Part shown: piece after piece, positions 11,203 to 23,679 of the stretch | Layout of the letters: every line of letters starts with the position of its first letter | Numbering within the stretch: the first letter of the stretch is position 1 | Source: Klebsormidium nitens | Taxonomy: Eukaryota; Plantae; Klebsormidiophyceae | Direction: 5' to 3' | Assembly: GCA_000708835.1 (NCBI GenBank) | Contig: DF237149.1 | Location: 62,001 to 126,000, forward strand | DNA length: 64,000 nt | The notes under the pieces: generated by a model | What the model was told of the DNA's origin: nothing | Seen by the model: the letters and a program-made list of their open reading frames with translations, nothing else | Database searches by the model: none | Translations under genes and position numbers: made by a program

Positions 11203-14200
11203 ATTCGTTTTTATAACCTTGGAGTGCGACGTCACACCAAGTTGCGTCTTTGTGCCCAAGCGAGAAATGTGACGTCGAATTAGCTTGAACTTGATCAGTC
11301 AAAGACTTTCTGCTCAATCACCAGCTGAGGATCCAAGTGCTTGGTGTTTCATTCCAAAATCGGTGCATTCCATACACTAGGTCCCTCTGAAGCTGGTGAC
11401 AGTCCGCTAATACGCAATGCTGAGCTACTGCAAAGTAATGCTCATTGGTCCAATTTGAGAGACAAGTTTAGCGACCGAACTGACAGGCGATCAGCTTGAT
11501 CGCTCAGGCCACCTCTTCCATCACTTTCAAACAGAGGATCTACCGCTCCAGACCGAAGGCGTTAGCCCGCCAAGGTTGCAGCGACGCCCCGATTTGACTT
11601 CACGCTTCCACCCCTTGCGAGCTCGCAACCCGAAGAGCACACGTCACACTCGTTAAAATCTGCAACGACCCACTGGGACGACTTTTTTGAACCTACGTTT
11701 CACGTATCTAGGTGGCCCTTTTAGGAATGAGATCCGAAGGGGACGGTACCTTTTGAGGTCCCCTGGCCAGCTGACTACTTCTACAGAAATGTCTTTCATT
11801 CCTATTAAGGGAAGCGAGCCTAGATTCTTAGGAGCGAGCTCAGAGTCAGGACAAAGTAGCAGGACAAAGTAGTAGGACTTGTCTTGAGTTACCCACACCA
11901 ACGTGCGACTAGATCACTAGGAGGCGATGCTGCCATGACAAGCGGCGCCGATCGCCTGTAATCATGGATCTGAGGAATGGATCTCGGAATTCAGGCAAAC
12001 AACCTTGGCCGTACGGAGCTCGTACGGCTCAGGTCATGCCGCGACATTTGGCACGTGAGAAGCTTGGCCTCTGACAGGTGTCGAGTCGCCGCTCCACAAT
12101 TATGGACGCGATCCTCTGATTGCGGAAATCAATAATGCACACACATGTTTAGCAACCCCGGTCTTGATCTACCGGGCCCAAGGTAAATTCGCAAACCTAA
12201 CACATTGTGACCGGGGGACAATTGATCTACGAATCACGAGGTTCGGAATCAGGAGTAGATCGACCGGGCACGTGGATTTTAAGGGCCTTGGGGTTATGCA
12301 GAGGTCGGTGAGTGCTTCCGGGAAGCTTCGGCAGATTCGGAGTAGGATCTCGGTAGCGTGGGGAGTAGGTACGTCATGACTCGTACCAACGTACGGTTTT
12401 AAGGAGCAAAATAAATCAGGACTCAGGACATGTGACCTAGCTAGATACGTACAGTGTACACCCTTACCCAAGCGTGTTAATTGGCTCCCTCCAGTCATAA
12501 AACAAGGTACAACAGAGTTGCAAACCGTTTAAAATGCCAGTTCACACCGCGCGCCAACGTCAATCGGCGTTCGTGGAAAGGAACTTTTCAAGCTCAACGT
12601 CAATCGGGCCTCGGCTGCGAAAGAAAGAAGGGAAGCTAGTCGGCAGATGACAGCCGCGCAGAACACCTCCCCAGCAGAACACCTTGAGCGGAGAGAATCC
12701 GATCCCCGATGCGATGCCGAAAGGGCCCCACTCAAGGTCTGGAATCTCGGCCGGTTCAAGTAGCAATCTGTCCTCAGCTGCGTGCATGCGGCCCACATTT
12801 CGGATGTGGAGCGGTTCACAGCAAGCGCGCTATCTTTGTTCATGAATCAGTATAACCAAAGCCGTTCATCGTATTCTGAGGCACCATTTCAGGACGACTC
12901 GGACCGCTGCATGTTGTCAAAGCCTTCGCATTTATGCGAGAAAATAGTAGATTTGGCGAGAAAGATTCTCTTGTTTTGCCAGGGCTTTGGGCTGGATTTC
13001 GTCCGCAGATCCTAGGCATGAGTGTGTGACGTCCTGTGATGCGCAGATAGTAAGGGCGCCAGCCATGTCGGCAGTCACATTCCTTATACAAGGGCCACGT
13101 ATAGGTCTCCGGAGCTGCTTCCGTTTGAACAATAATGGCCATCATCATTTGGGGTCTATGGAGCTGAAACTTGAAAGAGGAATGAACCTTAGAAGCGAAA
13201 TGGATGCATATCACTTGTGTAGCTAGCTCGGACTAGCTAAGCTGGATATTAGGGCAGCTCGAGAGTCGATGGAGTTTGGGGAGATCGCAATGCACACCAA
13301 CTTCTAAAATCTCTGCCTTTGATCAACAAGGTTGGGGACTCAACCTATCACCACAGCAGAAGAGCAGCTGTCGACAGGTGTGGCTTGCATTGTGTGACCA
13401 AAAATCCCTACAAAGAGTCTACAGATTAAGGGTCAATGCGACAACAGAGCGTCGAAAGTCTCTGGTGTGGAGGGTTCAAAACCTAGGTGCATCTGCGAAA
13501 GTGTGTCGAAGTCTGACCGCTACAGCAGCTACCTGCTTCTCCAAAACGAGGTGGGCAATTGGAGTGCCCAATTTTACCCTGTCTTGCCAGTGCATCACCT
13601 CAACAATGCTGAGGTTGCTTCACTTCAGATCAGAACTAATTGTGGTCAGATTGCCACCTACATTCACCACCATGTTTGATAGCCGAGTAGGATTCCAGAG
13701 TCCTTTCTCGTGGACAGTGCGATGCGGTAAGAGAAGGTTAACCATATGATGGGGAGTTGTTGAGGCAGTCTGATCAGCCGGCTTTACCATACTTGTCCAG
13801 AGGAATCCCTTTTTTCCTCAAACCAACGTAATTCCGTAAGACTCCTCTCCTGCCACTGACATTGTTGTTGCTTCTGAGCTCATTATTGCAGCCAGAGTTG
13901 AGGTAGTTGCTTGCACCGTTCGTGATGGCAATGTCTGCTGGTCTCCTCTAGCTCCCAAAATGGCCAAGGAATGCACTAGCAACCATCAAATGCTTCTGAC
14001 AAGTCCACAGCGGAGACCTCTGTTGTTTGAACACCACCTTCCTGAGGTTGTGCTTAAGAGATGAGTTGCTTAATTCCCAACATAAACACTCAGAAAGGCG
14101 ACCTCTGACATTCCAGAAGGTATGGTGGTCTTTCATCTTTTGGTGGCAGCAGACATTGGAAAGTTCTAAAAGTGGTGCTTGGCATTCGGCGAGTTGTAAG

Positions 14201-14353
14201 CACTTGCCTTTCAAAGCTCCTTCCTTCCTGACCACACAGTCTCTTCCCTCTGCAGGCACACTGTAAATCCAAGTCGTCACCGCTCATCACCTTTGCACTT
14301 TGGAAATTGAGCATTTAACTGCTTCAGAAGAAGTTATTTTCAACGGATCCGTG

Positions 14354-17283
14354 ATGGAACAAAGCACTGGATGTTCAGAATATGCGGAGTGTAAGCGTGT
14401 TCTTTTGGCTGTGGATGAATCACCACAGAGCCGGGGGGCAGTCGTATGGGCGGCCCGCAGCTTGATCAGACCTGAGGATGAAGTGCTCATCTTTCATGCG
14501 ATCAAGGCTCTTGAGGAGGTCAAAACGCCAGGTAAGCAGAAAGCCACCACCCCGCTTCTAGAAGAGCTTGTTTTTCAGCTTGTTCGGTGGAGATCGCCTC
14601 CGATAACCTTGCCAAGGCAGCTTGATCAGAAGGACAAGGTACCATTCCGAATCAAGGGCATTGACAACGCCAAAGCTTGTTCCCGAGAACTTTCCGAGTT
14701 CTCAAAAGTAGAGTGCACCAGGTAGTTGTGGAAGTGCAGAAAGTGTGGCACTTCTGAGGCTTTTTTGCTCTTCATTGTTGCTTGCTGAATGTTTTGAAAA
14801 GGCACAAAATCGTGCTCAATGCTTCAGCCCTGCCAACACGGTAGCATTCTGCCGTATGAAGAGTCGAGAATAAACTGTGGCTACTTAGCTATCTGACTAC
14901 TTTTCCCAGAATAATCTCTGATCCCGGAAGCTGAAGCAAGTCTCAAACCCAGGGCACACCTGATCAGCAGCTTATGTGTCCATACCAAGAATCTAACACC
15001 CTGAAACTATGTTGTACCTTTTGCTCATCTAGAGCACCTCTGAGTTTCACATCATGTGATCTTTCATGAGTGTGGTCCTTATAACAAGTCCGTTGGATGC
15101 TTCGTACCGGTGATTGAGCACGACTTTCAAGTCCAGTCTTTCTGGAAGCGCTGTTTGCATATGTGTTCCTTTCCAATACTGCAGAGCTCAATTTCTCACA
15201 TGGCAATGTTCTGTACTTTGGTCTTTGTGTACTGGATTCAGGTTCTCTAGCATTCTTCGAACCACTTGGGGATGGGGGCAGGTATTCTGGACTTTGTCAG
15301 ATGTGAAACTTAAAACAACTGAAATGTAGCACGTCAGAGAGCTACATGAGATGTGGGGCGGTCCTTACTGGTCAGACAAGGTGGGACGCTCTACATCCCC
15401 CTTAACCTTTCTGCTCACAGCGCTGTCAAAAAGGTGATTGCAGCTTCTCTTCTTTCTGTTGCAGCAAAAGCGATTCCGTTTCACAGGGCCTTGCCAAACG
15501 TCAAGAAGAGCCTCCGCTTCGACGCAACTGAGAAGGCGACCAAGATGGTCAACGTGCACGCTTCCTTCTGCGAGAAGCATCTGGTAAGCTGACCCCTGAA
15601 AGCAAGTATTATTTGGTGTGAGAATCTTGACCTCCTATTTTACGCAGGGTTCTATTGCTTACCCCTAACTTCCCAGCTCATCACAGATCGCTTTGCAAAA
15701 CGCATGCTTGAGGTTGCTGTACGTTTTTGATTACCCTGCCAGCTGAACAGTTTTTGCACATCTTATATCAGCCTTATGAATCCGATAAAAACGTAGCCTC
15801 TTGCTAGAAAAGAATATTTTGAAAACGACGACACGAGTAATGGAGCACGTCAAAAGATTGCTTCGTAGGAATCGTTGTGGATACTGCTAGTCGACGCTTT
15901 TTGGGAGTTACAATTGCCAGAACAACGCTTCAAATTGAGAAAAGGGGTTCACGAAGCATCCGAAAGAGATATCGTATCTCAGCAAAGACAAGTGCTATCA
16001 CATGCCTAAGACATTCCGATATTCCCGCTAAGATTCTCAGCTTCGGCCAACCATGCACCAGGTTCGACGTCTGCCTCAAGTCAGCCTCCTGCAGAAGCTT
16101 TCAGAAAGCGGCGCCTTTTCCGCTCGATGCGAAGTTTTGTAGCAGTGAACACTAGCTCATTGCTGCATGTTGGCAGCAATTGATGAACTTGTGACGTGTA
16201 GACTGATAGTTGGTACAATTTCCGTTCTGCAGATCACGGCGCGGACCGAGGTGGCATGGGCGGAGCGGCGCAAAGCAATCCTTCAGAAAGTGGAAGACTT
16301 CGGGGCGACCCACCTGATAATGGGCTCAGGAAGGCAGGGCCGCCGCTTGGGGTCAGTGTCAACCCTTTCTCAAACATGACTTTAGGCTCGAAGAGCAGCA
16401 TGTGGTGCAGACACTTAACCTGTCTCTGTGCACTGCTTCTTCGTAAAATCATTCTATCGTCGAAGATCGGTAAGCGCGTCTATCCAAATATGTGCCGACT
16501 TTGTTGCGCTGCTTTCGCTGGGGGTAAAGTAGCCGGGGGTTCGTGTGCGCACAGAGCAGCGACAAGACGCAGTTAGAGCAAGAGCCGGGTCTTTCAACGC
16601 TCCTCTGACGAAAAAGCAGACGGAATGCCTAACAGCCGAAGCCTTTGTTTAGAGGCTTCTCGAGCTCGATTGCGGAGTACAAGAAGGTGCCTTCTGGAAA
16701 CGAACAAAGAGAAGAGCTCGATCGTGCAAGACTTAAACGGAAACTAGATGAGGTATGAACTGTTGTCGCGCTCTCTCCAGTTTGTTCTGCAAGGATAGCT
16801 TGTCAGAGGGCACAGTGCGCGAGGCCAAGTGCGGGTAGAAAAGACAAACAACAGAGGAGTGGAAAAGCATCCAACTTGAACAACAAAGGAAAGAGCGAGC
16901 TTGAAAGGAAAGAAGAGCAAAAATTTACCGACCTTCAGCCGCTTTCTCTGCACTCTGTTTCGCAAGGAGGGTCTCTCGGATGGCACAGTGCGCGAGGTTA
17001 AGGGCGCAATAGCAAAAGCGAACAGCAGAGATAAGCGAGCGGATGAAAGCCCAAGAGAAGTTGCTGATTGTCGCGCTTTCTCTGCAGTCTATTCCGCAAG
17101 GAGGGTCTCTCGGAGGGCATAGTGCGCGAGGCCAAGTGCGCGGTGTTTCTTGTGGACAAGGCGGGGCACCTCGTCTCGCGCAGCTCGTACAATTCGGACG
17201 GCAAAAGCGGGTCCAAGCGCCACATGTCCGCGGCGGCCGCGCGTGCGATCGAGAATGCGCTCTTTGAGAGCATCCCAGAGTGA
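14354..17283 (+). CDS. Universal stress protein A (USP) family protein, about 203 aa, 4 exons
   Basis: Exons 14354-14531, 15465-15583, 16233-16351, 17088-17283 splice in phase (612 nt). Motifs KRVLLAVDESPQSRGAVVWA, KVEDFGATHLIMGS and GLSEGIVREAKCAVFLV fit the USP fold. Confidence 0.88.
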
Positions 17284-17835
17284 GCGCCAGTCGTAAGATC
17301 TCTTTGAGCTATTCTCGACTCGAAAATTGAAGTGAAAGTTCTGGATGCGCGTTCGCTTTAAGAATGCGCTCTCTTGAGAGTCTCCCCTGAAGGAGCTTGG
17401 AAAAAGAGCGTCTCCCCTGAAGGAACTTGGAATTTGACGTCTCTCTTCAGCGTTCTTGGAATGGGAACACCGTTTTGGGACACTGGCACTGACGAACTGA
17501 GCCGAATTCGGCCCTTCACATTTTCACGTTGGTGCTTTTCGAAAACCATGTGCAGCGAGTGACTGCGACCGCGAATTTCCAATCAGGAGTGCATGATAGG
17601 AAAAGGTTATGACATCCAAAAGGCCCCTTCTACAACACAGTTCTCGCATTAAAATGAGCCTTATCGTATAAAGAAAATCCAGTTTTCAGCCAAACACTCT
17701 GGCAAACGATCTTAGACTGGCACGCATGATGCGAACGGCAGATGCTTTCAATCAGAAAACCACAAAATTCGTCAAATTTGTTACGCGGCTTTTTATCATT
17801 GAAAGAAGAACTTTAAGATGAGCTCTCTCGTGCAG

Positions 17836-19266
17836 TCTCCCGAGTCCCGGCCCCCCGCTCAGCCATACCACAAGCTCCGACTCCTCCGGCAACCGGGATA
17901 CTGAAAGCGACCACGTGGCAATCCCCGACAGCCCCCTGTCCACCAGCTCCGGGGGCACCCCCCGGGGCAGAACTGTCACTTCCACACGGGGAGGTCTCCG
18001 GCGAGTTGCCTCCTCAAATTCCCCCTTGTCCAATCTGGGGGGGTCGCCGCGCTCGGGGGGTTCCCCCAAGAGAAGCCAAAACGGGTCACCGAAGTCGATC
18101 CTCGCCAAGCAACCGAGCATCGAAACACCCCCCCGGCTGTCCAGCCTTTCCATACCCCCCCGCACCGAGCGGCGCGACCTGATCCCCGAGTCGGACGGGA
18201 GCTTCCTCTTCGGGCTGCGTCGTGTGACGTCACTGGATGACGTGCCGGCGGCCGCAAGGATCAGGAGACTCGCGCTGCACGTCGGCGGCAGCGCGAAAGA
18301 GCGGAGCGTTCACCCCCTGACGCGGGCTGACGGCAGGATGGCGTCAGCGGAGGGCGGCTCGCGGGCGGGAGACGTCAGGGCCACGTCAGCGGACGACGGC
18401 GAACTAGAGCGGCTGCGCGCGCAGGTGGCGGAGCTGGAGCTGATGAGCGCGCTGCGGGAGAACGTGGCGCGGCAGTACGCGGCGCGGCTGGAGGTCACGC
18501 GCTCCGAGGCGGACGCCATGACCTGGTGGGTTAACATAGCAGACCTGGTAGATTAACGCTCAGAGCTGGGTTACCTTGCCAGACCTGGTGGGTTACCAGT
18601 TCGGATTTGGTGGGTTGACTCTTCAGACCTGGTGGGTCTCCATCTGAGACCTCGTGGGTAACCGTTTCAGACCTAGTGGGTTACTATTTCAGCACTGGTG
18701 GGTCAGCTTTCAGACCGGTGGGTTAACATTCTCGACCCCGTGAATCAACAAAAAGAGTGCAAAAACCTGGAGCACTCGTTGTGCACGAGCTCGACACCTT
18801 GAAAGAATCCATTAATCCCGAAAGTTTCGACAAGCCGAAGATCATGGCGCGGCTAGAGGTCACGCGCTCCGAGGCCGACGCCATGACCTGGTAAGCAGCA
18901 ACTTCGTCGGGATTCCGACCCATCAGGTTTCTGAGGAGTAATGGTTCCTTATCAATAAAGGCTTCAAATCGTCAGCCTAAAACAAGGCATTTGCCGGCAG
19001 CTCGTGGCAGTGCCGGAGGTCCCGCGCACAAGGCCGACGCTTGAACTCCAGTTGCGCCGCATTCCTGTCCTGACAAGTACTATCAGTCGTAATTACAAGC
19101 CACTCTCATCCCCTCATTCCGCTCATCTTGCAGGAAGCTAGCGGACGAGTCTCGGCGGCGGAAAGCGGCGGAGCGGACCGCCAGCCAGCTGGTAACTATC
19201 CTCGGCAGCACCGCCCCCGACAAAGTCGTCGAGGTCCTCAACGGAACTCCGCCAAACGGCACCTGA
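17836..19266 (+). CDS. Hypothetical protein: Ser/Pro/Gly-rich disordered region plus C-terminal coiled coil; 5' end unresolved
   Basis: GC-rich exon 17836-18525 (cag acceptor; TG|gtgggt donor) joins in phase to 19134-19266 (…EADAMTWKLADESRRRKAAERTASQL…*). A possible first exon is 17461-17531, but its donor is weak. Confidence 0.6.
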
Positions 19267-20922
19267 ACGGAAAAGGGCGTTCGCAGAAGCAGCAGCAAAT
19301 CAGCTGGTAAGCAGCGGCGGGAACATATCTGAGACTGTTCAGTCATCATTTCATGACAGTCTCCTTGCCGGCTGCTACGTCACCTATCAGTCACGTCTCC
19401 GTAGCTGTGGGCTGTTTGCTCTAATTTCGAGTGCTCGAACGGGCTCATGAATCCCGATGTGAGCTTTTACAACACGCCCTCGACTTCTTTTCGAATCTGC
19501 TGCAGATTCATTGACAAACATCGGTCTGTCAATGCAAGTGTTATTGTCAGGTCATGAAAAGGAATCTCGACGTCAACGACTGTCGTACCTTGCAGGATAG
19601 CCCTTCATCACAGGCAGCAGAACGCCGGCGCGCTTTGCTGTGAGCGATTGTAAAGTTCCCAGTATACATTCTTTCAAACGCCCAATTGGAACCCCATTGA
19701 GCTTATACGGTGCGCGTATTAAAGTGAATGATACGAGTATGGGTCCCCGGGGATGTCGCGTTAGCTTGCTAAGGAGGGCCGATCTACTAGCTGGCCCAAG
19801 TCGCTTCCTTTTGTACTATTTTCTACTCGTCTCTGCTAAAAAGGGTTTGTATATTCAGGGGGCCTGCCACCCTAGCGGGGAGATGGCATGCTAGGCAGTC
19901 AGTTATTGGCACGATAAAGGGCTGCAAGTTAAGGCACTACACTGCGTTCCAAGAAGTACACGCTACGTTGGCCGGACGTCGGATAGATGGTGGTTCAGAT
20001 GATAAGATAACCCGTTAGTGCAGGTGTTGTGTCCGGCCGGTGCACTCGATATGACAGGGAAAGCTCGAAGTGTCTAAAAGACACTGATGATGAACAGTCG
20101 CTTGTCGACCATTGATTATAAGAGCGCATATTGCTTGAAGCACTCGATCGCACACTCCAATCAAATCCTCATGTTCATGATCAAAGCGCCGATCGAAGTC
20201 CTATAACAGCCACTTGCAGCATGATTTACAGAAGTTCGTTAATTGTACGCGCGCGCCCGGCAGTGCCACGTGCATGTTCACTTTGCCAACGGAGCTGAAC
20301 GAAGCGCATGCGTCAGAAAGAACTGCCGCGGTCCTACAAAGTAGGGCGCGGCAGGATAGGAGCTTTCAATATGTTTATAAACAGGCTCGTCACATGTGCA
20401 CAGCCACATCGTTCTCGTTTATATCATCAAAGCTTTCCTGGAGCTCGAGACGTCGATCATGTGGCAGCAGCGCACGGGCCTAGTCGGATCAAGGGAGTAG
20501 CTCTTTGAAAGCGAGGACATATCCATCTTTTATTAACTAGCTCAGAGGCATGCGGCGCATGCAAGGGCTACACGTGCCGATGAAAAGCAAGTCAGGCGCG
20601 GTGTCCGGCCGGCACGGTTCAACACTTTTGTTGGTCAGCTAAGTAAGGCATGGCTAGGGCGTCCGAGACTGCGCGAGCAGATCACTATTGCAAGTGCAGT
20701 TAAGTAGCTCACGCAACAAGGCCCGCAGCGACTCTGTTAGAATCTCATGTCAGCGATAGCTGCCTGCCATCGAATTAAGCAGATTCCGGGATTTGAAGAG
20801 GTGCCGCCAGAAGGAATCTGAACCCGGTGCCCCTGTTGAGCGACAGCTTTGTAAATTTGCCCTGTCATCTGATTGGTACTGTGACTGATCAGGTACTAGA
20901 CCGAGTCAAACTGCCACTAGTG

Positions 20923-23468
20923 TCATGACATCAGCTTGAGATGCCCCGTGACGGCGTCAACCACCGACTTCGGCCCTGCAAGAGCAATCAACAAAGCGTC
21001 GACTTCCAGGCGGAGAACTGGAGTTAGACAGAGCATTTGCGGCCTCAAAGGAGAAGCGGTCTCTGGAAAAACCGAGAGAAACAGACGGACTGCCCACAGG
21101 AGAGGAAATGTTTTTCGAGTCATCCTGAGCCATGTGGTATGCTACTGAAGACTCGTAGATTGTCGGAACAAATGCAAGACGATTATTGGGATTGTGTATG
21201 AGTACACTTCCTTCATTCATTCCCTGTCGTTCTATGCACGTGCTCAGTATCCAATTGCGTCAACGACTTGAATTTACACCTACGAACCGGCGCTCAATCG
21301 GCTCACTAACCATGTTCGTCCGATGTGTTCTAGACCAATCAGGTAGCAACACGTGGCACTCACCTGGCCCCACAGCCAGGACGGTTTTGGATCCGGCCGC
21401 CACTTGCGTCCGCCCTGCGTCCGTGATGACGTGCGTCGGCAGGCCCGCCCGGGAGGCCTTCCCTTCAAGTTGGCCCCTAACGGAACGGAAAGCGGAATGA
21501 TCTCAGCGGACGGAACGGAAAGCCGCGACTTAAAACCAGACAGGTTGAGTTAAAAGCACTGATCCAGGGTTTTGGTATCGAAGCTGGGGTGGTCTTAGGA
21601 GAGGGGGCAGGTTCGAATGCAAGGCCAGATTCTTTTCCGTCTGCTGGCCGCTTTCGAGCGGAACGGCTGATGGGCGGAAGCTTTCATGTTCGGAGGAATG
21701 CCTGTCCTGAACAATTGCAGCCAAAATCAGAAAAGGAAGCGAGTTGAGGGAGTTGTTTGAAAGGATGACGTGTTTTTCGGCCACGCTTAAACGTTTCTGG
21801 TAGCGTACAATGGCCCTGAGCCGCCAGGTAACAAGAACCATTCAGCAGAGACGGCAGCTTTTCGACCTGGCACAGAAGCGAGACTTGAACGAACATCAGT
21901 TCGCTACGACCTGCGGAAGGAGGGGAAAGAAATACAGAAACAGAACGCAGGAAATCCGAACTAGACAGAAAACTCAAGGGTAAAGCGCACGGAGACGACG
22001 ATTGCTGGCGAGTAAGAAGTTCAGAAAAGAAGACATGAAACAAGGGGAAGAATCTAACATCCCAGAACGATGTAAAAGTGCACGCGCTCACATTTCCCGC
22101 ATGTCTTTACAGAGCACGACGATTTTGGGCTGTCCGCAGGCCTCCCACTTGCTGAGAAGCGCCCGGTTCTGCCGCTGGAGGTCGTGGTACGTACCGACGG
22201 CCGCGTCTGCGGTGGCATCACGCAACGAGTAAGCGGTGAAATGTCTAGACTTGACCTGAGACCGAATCAAGCTGCGCCACCTGGCAGGTTATGACCTGCA
22301 CATGCAAGCTTAAAGTAGAAACTCCTTCAGCTTGTGCAGATCCGTTTCGGAATGAATTTGAAAAGAGGCATCGCTGACGCCCTTGCTCTTCTTGGCTGTC
22401 CTCACTTGCGCCACTCTTTGTAGACTGGCGCACCTAGTTTGGAAGGGGTTTGAATGGGCAAACCCGAAATTCATTTTGGGCCCTATCTGATTCAGTCTGC
22501 GGCCGCATGCCTGCGTGTGTGACATGCGTCGCGCGCGGCTCGCCTCCTGATGGTACTCTGAACATGGAAGCTGAGGCGCTTGCGCGGCCTGCAGACTGGC
22601 TTCACAGAGATGCAAGTAGAACTCGAAGTTTGCCCGTCCGACAAAACGGACGCGCGAGTCTTGATACTTGAAAAAGAAGAAAGGGAAGCTCTCACGTGAG
22701 CACTGCGCTGCGATCTTGCCACCACCCATCTTCAGATCTTGTCGAACAACCAACACCTGCAAGAAGGTGACATCATGCAGGCATCAGCTATCTGGCAAGA
22801 ACGGATGAAAGCTTGTCTTTGAGTAGCGTGAATTCACGCAGAGCACGCAAAAATCTAAGGATGAGCGGTTCTTACTTTGCAAACGTGAGAGTGAGTGATT
22901 GATATAACCTGGAAATACTTTTTGGGTTTTGAGGGAACATGGAATAGAAAAAAAGGACGAGCTTGTCAACGAAGTGACTGCAAACACAGGCAACAACAGT
23001 AAGCTCGGATTCGTTTCGGATTCTCAATCAGCTGCGCGACGGAAGGCCCACCATTTTCATCTCTTGCCCATCGCTTGCGAACGTTGCTGGCAGAGCTGCG
23101 TTCGACGGCCCCGACTTTTGCACCACGCCCTTCGGAAGGTCCGCTCTTCGAGGCAACGGCTTTCTGCCCTTTCTCTTCCCCCCGTTTTCCGATGCGGAAT
23201 CTTCCGGCCCTTCGTCAGACGCCCGACTTTGGTGGGCGTGGAGCCGAGATAGCAGCCAGCCAATCATGAGGCCAGGGAGAAAGTGGGTGATCATTGGAGG
23301 GGGCTTCTCCTTTTGTGGCTGCAAGGAATGGATGTTGAGTTGAGTTGAGTTGGATGAACAGATTTTGTTCGCAGGAGTTGAGGACATTGGGTAGGGGTTT
23401 GGCAGCCGTGGGCCAAGGTAACCAGTGCGTAACCATTGGAGGGGGTTTTCTTCCATGGCCATCAGCAT
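20923..23468 (-). CDS. PTH2: Peptidyl-tRNA hydrolase 2 (PTH2/Bit1 family) with an N-terminal hydrophobic anchor, 5 exons
   Basis: Exons 23468-23052, 22756-22696, 22206-22092, 21476-21364, 20975-20923 (759 nt, in phase). Motifs [73 protein letters not shown]. The start Met is uncertain. Confidence 0.93.
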
Positions 23469-23679
23469 TTTGAGAATCAGATTGCTTAGAGCATGAAGTT
23501 ACAGTAGCGCAAGGTCACAAAAGACTGAAAGAGGCCGGGCAACAATGACAAGGCCTGGTTTTAAAAGCGTGAATCAGAATTGCATGGATATGGCAAGGCA
23601 CTTTCAGAAGCAGTCCCTTAGTGATTTCGGCGAAGTTTGAATCGTGTCTTTAGTAAAGTGCGGTGTGAGCAGCATTGTA

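Noticed and set aside
12500-14000. Coding-like fragments upstream of the USP gene (e.g. 12560..12796 -, 13276..13749 +)
   Set aside because: No recognisable domain and no consistent splice model. They may be UTR or decayed transposon sequence.
19300-20900. Possible ncRNA or gene in the intergenic stretch
   Set aside because: No tRNA, rRNA or snRNA signature and no spliceable ORF were recognised. The same applies to 29000-31300 and 60400-62800.
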